A stretch of DNA of 64,000 bases, taken from the NCBI GenBank assembly GCA_965248755.1, contig OZ252149.1, forward strand, positions 3,328,001-3,392,000, read 5' to 3'. The notes beneath the pieces are model-generated. The model did not search any database. It was not told the origin of the DNA and saw only the letters and a program-made list of their open reading frames with translations. The position numbers were made by a program, and so were the translations under genes. The DNA comes from Candidatus Latescibacterota bacterium (GTDB taxonomy: Bacteria > Latescibacterota > CBDEFO01). The first letter of the stretch is position 1, and each line of letters begins with the position of its first letter. Positions 8,710 to 20,058 of this stretch are shown here, piece after piece.

Positions 8710-11016
8710 CTAATACTGTAGTTGTGGCCCAAACTGGAAGTGTGTCTTCCACTCGGGCGGCGCACCGTCCACTTCTTCCCTGTCGAAACCGTAGGCAAAA
8801 TCGAATCCGATCAAGCCTATTATGGGGGCCATGAACCTTATGCCGAAGCCTGCGGAACGTTTGAGGCTTCCAATGTCCATATCAGAAGGATGCTTCCAGG
8901 CGTTTCCAGCGTCGGCGAAGAATATCCCGTACATCTGCTGATCGACTACGGGGAACCGATATTCTATGTTGAAGATCAACATCGAATTACCTCCCTGTCT
9001 AAATCCGTCCTCTCTTGGTCCCACAGATCTGTCGGAGTAGCCCCTGATCATGCCATCTACTATGTCAATTCCGCCCGGTGTAAACTTCTCGGTAAACGGG
9101 ATGTTATCTATGTCGTCCGCGAATGTCTTGACGAACCCGACCCTTGTTCTGACGTTTAGGACAAACTTCCAGAGTGTGCCAAAGAAGAAATTGCTATCTA
9201 AAAAATGCTTGTAGTAATCGGCGTCGCCACCGAGGAACTTCCCTCCAAACTCCGGAGTGTACGAGATTATAGAGCCCTTTGTGGGAAAGAGGGGAAGATC
9301 GCGGCTGTCCCTGATGTAAGTTGCGCTCAAGGTAGCCGTTTTGGTAGGTTTTCTATCTTTAAAGGTCCCTGTGTATTCCGCTGAGAAATTATCGAACCTT
9401 TCCTCCTCGAACCTGTATCTTATGACACCCCTTGAGAAGCTGTCGGGCCATCCGAGTCTCCTGCCCATCGACACCGAGATACCCTGTCGCTTCAGATCAA
9501 ATTCATCTATACCCCTGCTGAAGAACTGCCTTTTGCTCTTGAATATGTTAAACGATCCTGAGGTAGGCGTGTCGAAGAGCCACGGCTCTGTAAAGCCTAT
9601 CCTTAGAAGTTCTCTTCTGGTTCCGAAATCCCAGTTGAAGTCCAGCTTTTGACCGTTGCCCAGAAAGTTGGGTACCGAAAGACCTATGGTTCCTACAAGT
9701 CTGTCTCTTTCGCTGAATCCCGCGCCCATAGACGCCGTTCCTGTGTGCCTTTCCTCCACGTCAAACTCTATATTAACGTCCCCATTTTCCAATACTTCGT
9801 GCTTGGGCTCCACGTTTTTGAAGTAACCGAGGATATAGATGTCCCGTACGCTCCTCTCCAGTTCTGAACGTCTAAAGACCTGTCCTGGCGTGACGGAGAG
9901 TTCTCTTCGTATTACCTTTTCTTTCGTCTTGGTATTCCCTGCAATCTTGACGATTTTAACCCTTGAAGGATTGCCCTCCAGGATTTTAAAGTGTATGTTT
10001 ACCTTTCCTTCCAGATCTACAATTTCGGGGACAACTCTGACGTTGAGATAGCCTGCTTCCTGATACGCTGAGGATATGTTCTGGCGCGTCATCAGGTATT
10101 TAAACTCCTCATAAGACTGTCCTCTTTTTGCGACCACCTGCTTTGAGATCTCATCGTCGCTGATAAACGTATTCCCCTCCCACGTGACCTCTCCAAAGCG
10201 GTATAGTGTCCCCTCCTGGACGTAAATATCTATGTACAGGCCCTCCCTAGTCCCATCATAGTAGAGGCTGTCACGCAGTATCTCAGCGTCCCTGTAGCCA
10301 TTGCTCTTGTAAAAGATCTCTATCTTCTTGAGGTCTTCTCTGTAGACATCTCTTTTGAAGTCGCCTCCCCTCCACCATCTGTCCTCTTTAGTCTCCATCT
10401 TCTTTGTAATGTCAGAATCGTTAATTTTCTCATTCCCAAATATCCCTATTCTTTTGACCTGCACCTTCACCCCTTCGCGGATATTGAAGCCGAGTATAAT
10501 CTCTCCGAGTTCGCCCGACTTGAATAGATTATGATCTACTTCTGCCAGGAGGTATCCCTTATCCTCATACATTGATCTTATCTTTATTTCGGCGTCCTTT
10601 AAATCCTTGGGGCTTATAACCTGTTCCTTTATAAACCCTACGGTCTTTTCTAGGTCCTTATCATTTATCTTATCGTTCCCCTCGAACCTGAGCTCCTTGA
10701 GCGCTGGATATTCTTTTACTACTAACGTCAGCACCGTTTCTCCGTTTTCATCTTCCTCTTTAAGGACCTTTATATCGTGGAAGAGACCCAAAGCGTAGAG
10801 ATCCCGTATCGCGACCCGGATATCCTCGCGCGTAACATACTCCCCCTGCTGCAGTCCCGATGCGCTCTTAATTAAAGATTCGTTTGAGCGGACGTTGCCC
10901 TCAACGCCGATCTTAGAGATTCTTGTAGACCCTAACTGAGATAGAGACAGGGAAGGAAAAAACATCTCTGTGATCAAGATCATTGATATAGTAAATATAA
11001 GTATCCGGACCTTCAT
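8710..11016 (-). CDS. bamA: Outer membrane protein assembly factor BamA
   Basis: POTRA repeats (GNTKTKEKVIRREL), NFLGNGQ, IRGY motif, C-terminal beta-barrel. Confidence 0.97.
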   Translation of the reverse strand: MKVRILIFTISMILITEMFFPSLSLSQLGSTRISKIGVEGNVRSNESLIKSASGLQQGEYVTREDIRVAIRDLYALGLFHDIKVLKEEDENGETVLTLVVKEYPALKELRFEGNDKINDKDLEKTVGFIKEQVISPKDLKDAEIKIRSMYEDKGYLLAEVDHNLFKSGELGEIILGFNIREGVKVQVKRIGIFGNEKINDSDITKKMETKEDRWWRGGDFKRDVYREDLKKIEIFYKSNGYRDAEILRDSLYYDGTREGLYIDIYVQEGTLYRFGEVTWEGNTFISDDEISKQVVAKRGQSYEEFKYLMTRQNISSAYQEAGYLNVRVVPEIVDLEGKVNIHFKILEGNPSRVKIVKIAGNTKTKEKVIRRELSVTPGQVFRRSELERSVRDIYILGYFKNVEPKHEVLENGDVNIEFDVEERHTGTASMGAGFSERDRLVGTIGLSVPNFLGNGQKLDFNWDFGTRRELLRIGFTEPWLFDTPTSGSFNIFKSKRQFFSRGIDEFDLKRQGISVSMGRRLGWPDSFSRGVIRYRFEEERFDNFSAEYTGTFKDRKPTKTATLSATYIRDSRDLPLFPTKGSIISYTPEFGGKFLGGDADYYKHFLDSNFFFGTLWKFVLNVRTRVGFVKTFADDIDNIPFTEKFTPGGIDIVDGMIRGYSDRSVGPREDGFRQGGNSMLIFNIEYRFPVVDQQMYGIFFADAGNAWKHPSDMDIGSLKRSAGFGIRFMAPIIGLIGFDFAYGFDREEVDGAPPEWKTHFQFGPQLQY

Positions 11017-11076
11017 AAAAGCCTCGCTTTCGCATACTCCGTCTTTGAAATAGGGGGCAAAACAAACTGAAAATGC

Positions 11077-14000
11077 CTAAAAATCGAACTCGTGCCTTAT
11101 ATTTAGCCGTCTGTCGTTTTCCCGGACAATATCGTCGTAGTAATATTTAAGCTCTAATCTGGTTCTGGTCTTTATCAGATATTCTAAACCTAAGCTGTGC
11201 TTGATGCCTAAAGCGTCTCTTTGCAGACTATTGGCGCCTGTATCCAGTAATCCCGTGTAGGACAGGAACCAGCGGTCTCCCAGGTATTCTCCCACTGTGA
11301 GTCTGCTCCCTCGGAGGAACCTCCACGTCCCCACATTCTGCGCTCCTTTAAAGATTCCTTCTTCTTGCCCGAACAGATTTGATGCCAAAAGGGGTCTTAT
11401 TCTTAACACATCTATTCCCAGCGACGACCTTAAGCCCCTTTCTACTGGATGGGCTATGTGTCTCCTGAAGATGGTGTCGCTCATCATCGCCATAGCGTCT
11501 ATCGCCTTTTTGTCGTAATTTCCGCTGACGTATCCTAATTTGGCCAATATCTTCTCCTGGGAGTCATCAGCAGGGTCTAATGATGTGAGCTTGAAGCGGA
11601 AATCTTCCCAATGAGCCTTATCCAGTTCTGTCCTGGTGTATTGGTCCAAGGCGTAGAGTTCCAAATATATCTGGGTAGGGACACCTGTCGAGTCGTCATA
11701 GACAGTGGTTGAAGCCTTACCGTAGAACCGTGCATACTCACCGTATTTAGTATCCACTTCTGCCCCTGTTTCTTCTGAGAGATTAAACTCGGTATCTAAA
11801 ACGCTGATGGTTCCTTTGACCGAACTTACCTTCCCTGTCACATAGAACGAACCGTCTTGGTCGATCCCTTGAAAATCCAGGTAGCTTCCCTCCTGTATAC
11901 GGGCCCTTGCCCGCCCTGCTTGGACTCCGCGGACGAGGGATGGAATTTCTCTGAAATATTCGACCCCGTTTTTGGCTACTGCCAGCATGTCCCAGTTTAC
12001 GATTTCGACGAAATCGAAAATGGGACTTTCGGATTCAGGTTCGAGGAAGGGATACGTAAACTCTCCATTTTTCCCCTCCAGCCTTCCCCTGACCAGAGGA
12101 GATTCTTTGGGGCCGCCAACGTAAAAGTGCTCCCCTGCGGCCCTTGGGAGGAAGAAGAACTTCCCCTTTCCTTGATCCATCATAGGCGGGATGTTAATCT
12201 CTATGCCGTCTTTAGAGGTCTCTACTATTAGAACGCCCAGGCTGAGATCCCCCAGGCTTTTTATCACAAAATGAGGGATATTTTGCCCTTCGGCAAGAGC
12301 AGCTTGTATGTTCTTTACGAATATCATATCGGAACCCACTCTGCCTGATATGCCTTGCATATTGAGGAAGTTTGAGCCGGGTTCGACCACGAGACGTCCC
12401 TTCAAGTCATCCACCTGTCTTACAAATATAGAAGGCTTCAACTGACCTCCGGAAAAGCTAATTTCCGCCTGCTCTATATATGGTTCCTTCCATTGGCCTC
12501 CGATTCTAAAGGACGCGCTGGCATTTCCAGACGCCTGTTCTATAAATTCTGACCTGGACAAAAAAGACAAAAGATCGCCCTCGGCTTCCACATTTACGTT
12601 CAACAGCTTGTCTTGGTCCTCTTTGGCTCTTATGAAGGGCAGTTCGCCTGCGATTGACACTCTATATTTTTCGTCCTTTTCTATTTTGAAATCATCTATC
12701 TCAAGCCTTGCAAAATCTCCTTTCAAAAGTGCAGACATCCTGTCGAAGTGTGTTCCGAAAATGCGGCCATCTTCTCCAGAAAATTCCACCTTTGCGGCTG
12801 ATCTATCCTCTCTACTTATAAAGTTAGCATCCATTTTGACCGCACCTGAAGCCTCTACTTTGCTGGCTCCTAAGAGTGACAGCAGAGTAGAAAGGTCCAT
12901 CTCTTCTGACTTGGCCCTCAGGTCAAAGTTCCTTGCGTTCCTCCAGTTTCCTCCTCCACCGAGTATCATCTTTTCGTTCTGGAAGAGGAAATAATTATGA
13001 ATATTCAAAACGTTATTGTCCCAATCCACGTCGACCACAGCTTTAATAGAATCGGCGTTGTTGATGCGTCCATTGGACATCTCTACAGCGCCCATAACCT
13101 GAAGGCTATCAATTCTTCCTGAAATTAATGCCCTCCCATCGATCTGGCCTTCTAAAGGTGCATCTTCAAATCCGAGGAAGCCCAAAAGGTCGCTTGCGGG
13201 GAAATCTCCTATCGAAAGTTCTCCGGTGATACTCTCCCCTTTGCGCCGATCCACAGATCCCACAAAAAGCACCTTCTTATCTCTGGTCCCAATGTCCAGT
13301 TGAATCTTATCTGTATCCCCAGATACCTGGCAAGTTAAATCTATCTTCCGGTCGTAAATCCTCAGTCCAGCTGCGGCGACTTTGGCTTCCATCCTCCTTG
13401 TGTCTTTAAAAAGGTCGTCGAATCTCCCCTGGACGTATAACCTCCCGTCGTTCCTGTGACCTGTCCAGAGATTGAGTTGTCCACGTGCCTCGATAGAGGA
13501 AAGTGCTCCCTTCAGCTTTATTTCTCCTTCTACATTTTCCCCTCCTATCTCCTTGAGACGGGTCAAAAGTTCGTCTATCTCAAGGTCTGCGTCCAGCCGC
13601 GGTGTTTGTCCAAACGGGTCGGACAGGACGCCAACGATTTTCCAAGCCTTGCCTGAAGATTCAAAGTGAATATCTTTTCCGTCGTAGTCAACATTGTTCG
13701 TCTGAGCGGGAAGGTCTATCCCACCTATAGTCAGTACTTGGGGAACATACCGCAGGGACCACCTGGGGTTACTGATGTCGCCGGATAGTTCAAAGTTCAA
13801 ACTCCCTTTTCCCTTTACATGCTCCCATCCGAAGAAGCTAATTCCGTCTTCTGCGTTGAAATCATCGGACTTCAGAGCAATACTAATCTGTCCTTTCTCA
13901 TCATCTTTCAAAGCTATAGAGCCAAAACCCCCAAGTCTACTTTTCCCCAAGGATGTCTTTATGTCATCTATAACTATTGACTGCTCCTTTACTCTGAAAT

Positions 14001-15159
14001 CGATATTCAGGTCATAAATCTCGATATCTGTTTTTAGGTAGGCGCTTTCGGCTTTGAACTTTCCCATCACTCTGGAGTCTTTAAGTGGCCCGTCCACTCT
14101 GATCAGACTGGTACCTCTTCCGAAGATGATCTTTTCTTCTTGCGGGGCTAGAAGAGCGACCATTTTTTCTAAATCAACATCGGCAGACCGAAATTCCATA
14201 TCGGTTTCTTGATCACCCGAAAGCTTCAAATTTCCCGATGCATTAAATCTTGTGTTCCACAAGAGACCTTCAGCCTCCTTGATGACGAGCGAATCACCCA
14301 CAACTTTCCACGAGATGTTCAACGAGTCTATTCTCTGTCGTATCGGTTTTACCATGGCTGATAGGTTGCTAATCTGGCCTTCCCCATACAAAAACGGCTT
14401 TCCCCCTGCCTCGGCACTGCGGGAAAGCCTGCACTGAAACCCTATTTGACCAGCTTGATCGTAAATATCCTCTGTAAAAGCCTCAACCCACTTGCCGGAT
14501 ATATCGGATGAATCGACCGATGCCTGAAGCTCATATCCCTTTCCCATAAGGTCGATCCAACCGTCTAAGCTTGCACCTCCTCCATTCGGGGTCATTCCTT
14601 CAAGGTCTATAGTTGCCCTGGCATTACTATCAATATCTACTGTCCCTTTGATTTCCTTGAGAGGAGAGGAGAGGACTGCATTTGAAGGGCCCACAAGGGC
14701 CAAGCTTCCCTGAACGATCTTGACCTTAAAGCCTAAATCCGGGCTGCCTACTGACGATATATCTTCACTTTGCACCTGGGATTCATCGGCTGCAAGCTGG
14801 AGAGTCAAATTTGGGCGGTTAAGAACGATCTCCCTCAAGCCCTCCTCAAAATTGAAGGAGTGCAGCATAGCGTGGATCAGATCGTACTTGACCACTACTT
14901 TTTCGATTTGAAGGCTTGATTTGAAGTTGTCCAATTCGGCCTTTATATCGTAAAGGACTATAGATCCTAGTCCCAGCCTGGAACTTTTCACATACAGCGT
15001 TCCGCCCACCAAAGGGGAGACTCTTTCCACTATAAAGCTGTTGACTTTTTCTTCCAGATTAATGAAGCCCCACCCGTAGTATAAAAAGGAAACGAAGAAG
15101 ATCACAAAGAGGCACAGAACGGAGAGCCCCCAAATCAGGGTTTTCTTCTTGATCTTCAT
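11077..15159 (-). CDS. TamB/AsmA-like large periplasmic protein
   Basis: N-terminal TM anchor, Gly-rich beta repeats, C-terminal beta strands (LTVGEYL...LEYLI...HEFDF); directly upstream of bamA. Confidence 0.75.
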   Translation of the reverse strand: MKIKKKTLIWGLSVLCLFVIFFVSFLYYGWGFINLEEKVNSFIVERVSPLVGGTLYVKSSRLGLGSIVLYDIKAELDNFKSSLQIEKVVVKYDLIHAMLHSFNFEEGLREIVLNRPNLTLQLAADESQVQSEDISSVGSPDLGFKVKIVQGSLALVGPSNAVLSSPLKEIKGTVDIDSNARATIDLEGMTPNGGGASLDGWIDLMGKGYELQASVDSSDISGKWVEAFTEDIYDQAGQIGFQCRLSRSAEAGGKPFLYGEGQISNLSAMVKPIRQRIDSLNISWKVVGDSLVIKEAEGLLWNTRFNASGNLKLSGDQETDMEFRSADVDLEKMVALLAPQEEKIIFGRGTSLIRVDGPLKDSRVMGKFKAESAYLKTDIEIYDLNIDFRVKEQSIVIDDIKTSLGKSRLGGFGSIALKDDEKGQISIALKSDDFNAEDGISFFGWEHVKGKGSLNFELSGDISNPRWSLRYVPQVLTIGGIDLPAQTNNVDYDGKDIHFESSGKAWKIVGVLSDPFGQTPRLDADLEIDELLTRLKEIGGENVEGEIKLKGALSSIEARGQLNLWTGHRNDGRLYVQGRFDDLFKDTRRMEAKVAAAGLRIYDRKIDLTCQVSGDTDKIQLDIGTRDKKVLFVGSVDRRKGESITGELSIGDFPASDLLGFLGFEDAPLEGQIDGRALISGRIDSLQVMGAVEMSNGRINNADSIKAVVDVDWDNNVLNIHNYFLFQNEKMILGGGGNWRNARNFDLRAKSEEMDLSTLLSLLGASKVEASGAVKMDANFISREDRSAAKVEFSGEDGRIFGTHFDRMSALLKGDFARLEIDDFKIEKDEKYRVSIAGELPFIRAKEDQDKLLNVNVEAEGDLLSFLSRSEFIEQASGNASASFRIGGQWKEPYIEQAEISFSGGQLKPSIFVRQVDDLKGRLVVEPGSNFLNMQGISGRVGSDMIFVKNIQAALAEGQNIPHFVIKSLGDLSLGVLIVETSKDGIEINIPPMMDQGKGKFFFLPRAAGEHFYVGGPKESPLVRGRLEGKNGEFTYPFLEPESESPIFDFVEIVNWDMLAVAKNGVEYFREIPSLVRGVQAGRARARIQEGSYLDFQGIDQDGSFYVTGKVSSVKGTISVLDTEFNLSEETGAEVDTKYGEYARFYGKASTTVYDDSTGVPTQIYLELYALDQYTRTELDKAHWEDFRFKLTSLDPADDSQEKILAKLGYVSGNYDKKAIDAMAMMSDTIFRRHIAHPVERGLRSSLGIDVLRIRPLLASNLFGQEEGIFKGAQNVGTWRFLRGSRLTVGEYLGDRWFLSYTGLLDTGANSLQRDALGIKHSLGLEYLIKTRTRLELKYYYDDIVRENDRRLNIRHEFDF

Positions 15160-15181
15160 CTGATCCCTTTCAGAGCCTCCG

Positions 15182-17659
15182 TCAGTTGCTCTCCACAGTT
15201 TCTTTGTCCTCTACTTCCTTGTCCAGGTTATCCTCCTGAACCTCAGAAAAGACTAGTTCGTCCCCTTTCTTGGAGATCTTGATCCTGCTTCCCGGGCTGA
15301 ACTTTCCCAGAAGCATTTTCTCTGCCAGGGGATCTTCGATCATCTTTTGGATCGTTCTTTTTAAATGGCGCGCTCCGAAGGTAGGATCGAATCCTTTCTT
15401 AGCTAACAGATTCTTTGCTCCCTGGGTCAGGACTACTGAAATGTCCTTTTCGGATGTCCTCTCGATGATCTCTTTCATCATAATGTCAATAATCTGGAGG
15501 ATCTCTTTCTTTCCGAGCTCCTGGAAAATTATTGTCTCATCCAGACGATTTAGAAACTCAGGGTTGAAGGTCTTCTTGACTTCCTCTTTAACTTTATCTT
15601 CTAATTGTTCTCTGGCTGATTTGGATCCTGCCTTGTGGAATCCAATAGTCGTCCCTTTGCCAATTCGCCTGGTCCCGAGGTTTGACGTCAGGATCACGAT
15701 TGTGTTTTTGAAATCTACTTTCCTTCCGAAGCTGTCGGTCATGTGTCCTTCGTCAAGGACCTGCAAAAGGATGTTGAAGACATCGGGATGGGCTTTTTCT
15801 ATCTCGTCCAAAAGGACGACGGAGTAGGGTTTGCGCCTCACCTTTTCGGTGAGCTGTCCACCCTCATCGTAGCCCACGTATCCGGGAGGGGCGCCGACGA
15901 GCCTTGAGACGGAAAACTTCTCCATATACTCGGACATATCGACTCTTATAAGGCTATCTTCGTCCTCGAAGAGATACTTGGCTAGGGTTTTGGCAAGATG
16001 TGTCTTGCCGCATCCAGTAGGCCCGAGGAACACAAATGAACCTATCGGTCTGTTCGGGTCTTTCAGCCCTGATCTTGTTCTCCTTACAGCCTTAGATATA
16101 GCGGTAACAGCTTCATCCTGGCCCACGACTTCCTTTTTGAGCTCTTTCTCCATTCCTATGAGCTTCTCAGATTCAGATTTGGCCAGACGGAAGATCGGTA
16201 TCCCTGTCATGTGTGAGATGACATCGGCCATATCGTCCTCTGTGACCGTTGTCATCTCATCTTTTATTCTTTCCTCCCATTCTTCCCTTTCTTTTTCGAG
16301 TCTATCCTCCAGAGTCATCTGTTCGTCTCTCAGGTTTGCCGCTTGCTCATAGTCCTGTGCTTGCACCACGTCGTCCTTCTTTTTTCTTATCTCTTCGATC
16401 TTCAGTTCCAGGTCTCTTATATGTTGAGGAGGATTCATTTTGGCTAAATGGGCTCGGGATCCGGCTTCGTCAATGACATCTATCGCTTTATCGGGAAGGT
16501 AGCGGCCGCTTATATATCTGTCGGATAGAACTGCCGCTGCTCTTACTGCCTTGTCGCTGTACTTGACCTTGTGATGAGATTCGTAGGATTCCTTTAATCC
16601 TTTAACGATATCGACTGTGTCCTCCACCGAGGGCGGATCGACCATAATCGTCTGGAAACGTCGTTCTAAGGCTCCATCCTTCTCTATATATTTTCTATAT
16701 TCGTCGAGCGTCGTAGCGCCTATGCACTGTATTTCGCCCCTTGAAAGTGCAGGCTTGAACATATTCGAGGCATCCAGCGTGCCCTCAGCGCTGCCTGCTC
16801 CGACTATGGTATGGAGCTCATCTATGAAGATAATCACTTCGTCGCTCTGCTGGATCTCGTTCATGATCGCCTTCATTCGTTCCTCGAACATCCCTCTGTA
16901 TTTGGTTCCGGCAACCAGACTTCCCATATCCATGGTTACGACCCTTTTATCTACAAGGATCTGGGGAACCCTTTTGGACACTATCTTCTGTGCCAGACCC
17001 TCGACAATTGCCGTCTTGCCGACTCCAGGCTCTCCTATCAGAGCGGGGTTATTCTTCTTCCTTCTGCTTAGGACCTGAGACAGACGTTGGATCTCATTTT
17101 CTCTCCCGATTATGGGGTCTAGTTTTCCCTCTTTGGCAAGCTGAGTCAGGTCCCTGCCGAAGTGGTCTAGAAACGGAGTCTTGCTCTTTTTCCTCTCTTT
17201 CCTGCCGGCGGATTTTCCGGAGACGACAGCGAGGACTTCCTCTTTAGCCGTTTTGTAGTCCACACCGTGGCTCTGGAGGATCTGAGACCCAATACTACTT
17301 TTGTCGCCTATGAGTCCTAAGAGTAGGTGTTCCGTACCCGCTTTTGAGACCTTCATCTCCTTGGCTTCATTGGAGGCCGCCTCGTAACTGGCTATGGCGC
17401 GCGGCGTGAACGGTATTTCTTGACCCACTACGGCCTGTCCCCCAGACGGAGGTGCAGATTCCTCTATGGCCTGCTTTGCCTTTTCCAGATCGACCCCTAA
17501 ATTGATAAGGGCAGTAACCCCCTTACCTTTGCCCTCCTTGATCATGCCCAAAAGGATATGTTCTGTGCCGACGTAGTGATGCCCTAATCGAGCGGACTCC
17601 GACCGTGCGTATTGCATTACCTTTATTGCTCTATCTGAAAAGATTTCCCTGTAATTCAT
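15182..17659 (-). CDS. clpC: ATP-dependent Clp protease ATPase subunit
   Basis: Clp-N repeats (GTEHILLG), two Walker A motifs ([16 protein letters not shown]), UVR coil, follows mcsAB. Confidence 0.97.
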   Translation of the reverse strand: MNYREIFSDRAIKVMQYARSESARLGHHYVGTEHILLGMIKEGKGKGVTALINLGVDLEKAKQAIEESAPPSGGQAVVGQEIPFTPRAIASYEAASNEAKEMKVSKAGTEHLLLGLIGDKSSIGSQILQSHGVDYKTAKEEVLAVVSGKSAGRKERKKSKTPFLDHFGRDLTQLAKEGKLDPIIGRENEIQRLSQVLSRRKKNNPALIGEPGVGKTAIVEGLAQKIVSKRVPQILVDKRVVTMDMGSLVAGTKYRGMFEERMKAIMNEIQQSDEVIIFIDELHTIVGAGSAEGTLDASNMFKPALSRGEIQCIGATTLDEYRKYIEKDGALERRFQTIMVDPPSVEDTVDIVKGLKESYESHHKVKYSDKAVRAAAVLSDRYISGRYLPDKAIDVIDEAGSRAHLAKMNPPQHIRDLELKIEEIRKKKDDVVQAQDYEQAANLRDEQMTLEDRLEKEREEWEERIKDEMTTVTEDDMADVISHMTGIPIFRLAKSESEKLIGMEKELKKEVVGQDEAVTAISKAVRRTRSGLKDPNRPIGSFVFLGPTGCGKTHLAKTLAKYLFEDEDSLIRVDMSEYMEKFSVSRLVGAPPGYVGYDEGGQLTEKVRRKPYSVVLLDEIEKAHPDVFNILLQVLDEGHMTDSFGRKVDFKNTIVILTSNLGTRRIGKGTTIGFHKAGSKSAREQLEDKVKEEVKKTFNPEFLNRLDETIIFQELGKKEILQIIDIMMKEIIERTSEKDISVVLTQGAKNLLAKKGFDPTFGARHLKRTIQKMIEDPLAEKMLLGKFSPGSRIKISKKGDELVFSEVQEDNLDKEVEDKETVESN

Positions 17660-17716
17660 CTGGACGCTCCCGGAAGAAATTACATCGATTGCGATTTTAT
17701 TGTATTTCTTTTTTAA

Positions 17717-18796
17717 TCATGAGGATTTATTGCGTCCCCTTACCAGTCTTTCGCGGACTATTTTGGCCCTTAAAATATCCCTTTCTGAAGGCTCCATACA
17801 CTTTCCTGTTACCTTATGAAGATGTGAGGGCTGTGTTGTCACCATTAGCTCGTTTAATAGCCGAACAATGAATCTACTGTTACGCTTGGATAGGATGTCC
17901 ATGCTGCATCCCAACCTCACGGCTGATGCCATGTTCATAAACTCCTGCGTTGTCAGCACCCTGGCGTTTTGCAGTATAGTATAAGCCCTCCAGATTTTGT
18001 CCTCTATTTGATGTTTGGCTTCTTTAAGCAATGTCTCCCTTGAGAGATGCTCGTACTCAACGACCTGACTGCAGACTGTCTCCAGATCATCTAATATCTC
18101 CTTTTCTGAGATCCCTAATGTAACTTGATTTGACACCTGGACCAGATTTCCCATAACCTCTGTACCTTCCCCGTAGAAGCCCCTGGCCGTAAATCCCAAC
18201 TGTGTGATTCCTCTTACAACTTTATCCATATCCTGCGTCAGGACGAGTCCGGGGAGGTGTATGAGCATGGATGCCCTGAGTCCCGTTCCCAGGTTCGTCG
18301 GGCATGCTGTGTGGTACCCCAATTTTCTTGAGAACGAATAGTCCAGAGATTGGGAGAGTTCCGCGTCAGCCCTGTCACAAAGTTCCCATGCCCTCTGGGG
18401 TTGGAATCCCGATACGATAACCTGGATTCTGAGGTGGTCCTCCTCGTTTATCATAACGCTTAGCGACTCATCCACCCCGACCAGAACACCCCACTGTCCT
18501 CTCTGCTCAGCCAAGGCGGGACTTATGAGGTGCCGCTCGACCAGAATCTGCCTGTCCAGGTCCGAAAGTTCACCCGTGTTGTAGAACGAGGCATCGGCAA
18601 GACAGTCTGTCTTAGCGTTGGCGTCAAGTACTTTGTCTATTACCAAGCGCTGTTGGGAATCTGTAGCGCGATGGGCAAAAGGAATTGATTTGATATTGCG
18701 GGCAAGCCTCACTCTGCTGGAGACGACTATATCGGATTTCTCTCCCGAACAGTCGAGCCAGAGAGCCATATTTTTCACTAGATCTTGGAGTGTCAT
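17717..18796 (-). CDS. mcsB: Protein arginine kinase
   Basis: SSRVRLARN, NEEDHLRIQ, TACPTNLGTG. Confidence 0.95.
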   Translation of the reverse strand: MTLQDLVKNMALWLDCSGEKSDIVVSSRVRLARNIKSIPFAHRATDSQQRLVIDKVLDANAKTDCLADASFYNTGELSDLDRQILVERHLISPALAEQRGQWGVLVGVDESLSVMINEEDHLRIQVIVSGFQPQRAWELCDRADAELSQSLDYSFSRKLGYHTACPTNLGTGLRASMLIHLPGLVLTQDMDKVVRGITQLGFTARGFYGEGTEVMGNLVQVSNQVTLGISEKEILDDLETVCSQVVEYEHLSRETLLKEAKHQIEDKIWRAYTILQNARVLTTQEFMNMASAVRLGCSMDILSKRNSRFIVRLLNELMVTTQPSHLHKVTGKCMEPSERDILRAKIVRERLVRGRNKSS

Positions 18797-19332
18797 TTTT
18801 CTTTTTTCAATTTAGCTATCGTATCCCTTAAGAGGGCGGCTTTTTCGAACTCTTGTGTTTCGACAGCTTCTTTGAGCTGGTCCTGCAGTCTTAAGATGTG
18901 CTGTTCTATCTGTGAGTATAAAAGTTCATCTGATCTGGAGGAGAGTCCACTGCTCTCTTTCGGCTTTTCAGGGATCTTTCCTTTGTGCTTTACTGCCCTT
19001 TGGATGTTATCTATCAACTTTTCCAACTGGGATGAAAAGGCAGAGTAACAGTTCCCACATCCGACGCGCCCAGACTTTTTGAACTCTCCGTATGTAAAAT
19101 CGCACTCAGGACACTTAAGGTCTTTGTCCTTATCCTCTTTTTGCCTTTGAATAAGTCCTGAAAGGATCTCTTCTGCCGAGAGCTTGCTGGATTCCTTTTT
19201 TAGAACGGACAACCCATATTTCTGTGCACACTTAGAGCAGATATGGGAGAGAGCTTTCTGCCGCAGCTCCTCCATGCTCACCTCTTGGTATAGAACTGTA
19301 GCTTCGTTCTGACCGCAGCTTTCACATTTCAT
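18793..19332 (-). CDS. mcsA: Arginine kinase activator
   Basis: Four CxxC motifs plus a C-terminal UVR domain (FEKAALLRD). Confidence 0.93.
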   Translation of the reverse strand: MKCESCGQNEATVLYQEVSMEELRQKALSHICSKCAQKYGLSVLKKESSKLSAEEILSGLIQRQKEDKDKDLKCPECDFTYGEFKKSGRVGCGNCYSAFSSQLEKLIDNIQRAVKHKGKIPEKPKESSGLSSRSDELLYSQIEQHILRLQDQLKEAVETQEFEKAALLRDTIAKLKKEK

Positions 19333-20026
19333 CTAATATCCCATGAGTTTTACAAGTGATTCTTCCATCTGCCAGGCTTATCTTCCTATCGGCCCTATCG
19401 GCTAATTCCAGATCGTGAGTTACGATCACAAAAGATTGATTAAGCGATTTTGATAGTTCCCACATCAGATCGTGAAGCGCCTGGCTGTTTTCCTGATCCA
19501 GATTTCCCGAAGGCTCATCGGCAAATACCACCAAGGGTCTATTCACAAGAGCTCGGGCTACTGCCGTCCTCTGAAGCTCTCCGCCCGAAAGTTCAGACGG
19601 TTTGTGCGTTAGCCTGTTTTCAAGTCCTACTCTTTTCAAAAGTTCTCCTGCGGTCTTCTGGGCGCTATCGAAGCTTGCACCATAGATTAAAAGCGGCATC
19701 ATCACGTTTTCCAGTGCTGTAAACTCTGGCAAGAGATGATGAAACTGAAAGACAAATCCCGAACTCTTGTTTCTAAAGTCTGCAAGCTGATCGTCCGAAA
19801 GCGAGAATACATCTTGGGCATCTATCTCGACGCTTCCACTTGTAGGTCTGTCCAAAGCTCCCAATATATGGAGCAAAGTACTCTTACCGACGCCTGAAGG
19901 TCCTGTTACCGCTAGGACTTCTCCTTTTCTAATCTCTATGCTTATCCCCTTGAGGACCTCTAAAGTGCTGTTACCTGTCCAATAGGTCTTTTTAAGGTCG
20001 AAAGCTTTTAGTATTATGTCCCCCAT
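19322..20026 (-). CDS. lolD: Lipoprotein-releasing ABC ATPase
   Basis: GPSGVGKST, FVFQFHHLLPEF, LSGGE, DEPSGNLD. Confidence 0.93.
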   Translation of the reverse strand: MGDIILKAFDLKKTYWTGNSTLEVLKGISIEIRKGEVLAVTGPSGVGKSTLLHILGALDRPTSGSVEIDAQDVFSLSDDQLADFRNKSSGFVFQFHHLLPEFTALENVMMPLLIYGASFDSAQKTAGELLKRVGLENRLTHKPSELSGGELQRTAVARALVNRPLVVFADEPSGNLDQENSQALHDLMWELSKSLNQSFVIVTHDLELADRADRKISLADGRITCKTHGILDEM

Positions 20027-20058
20027 TATAGCGCGCTCTGGCTAACGATCTTTATTTA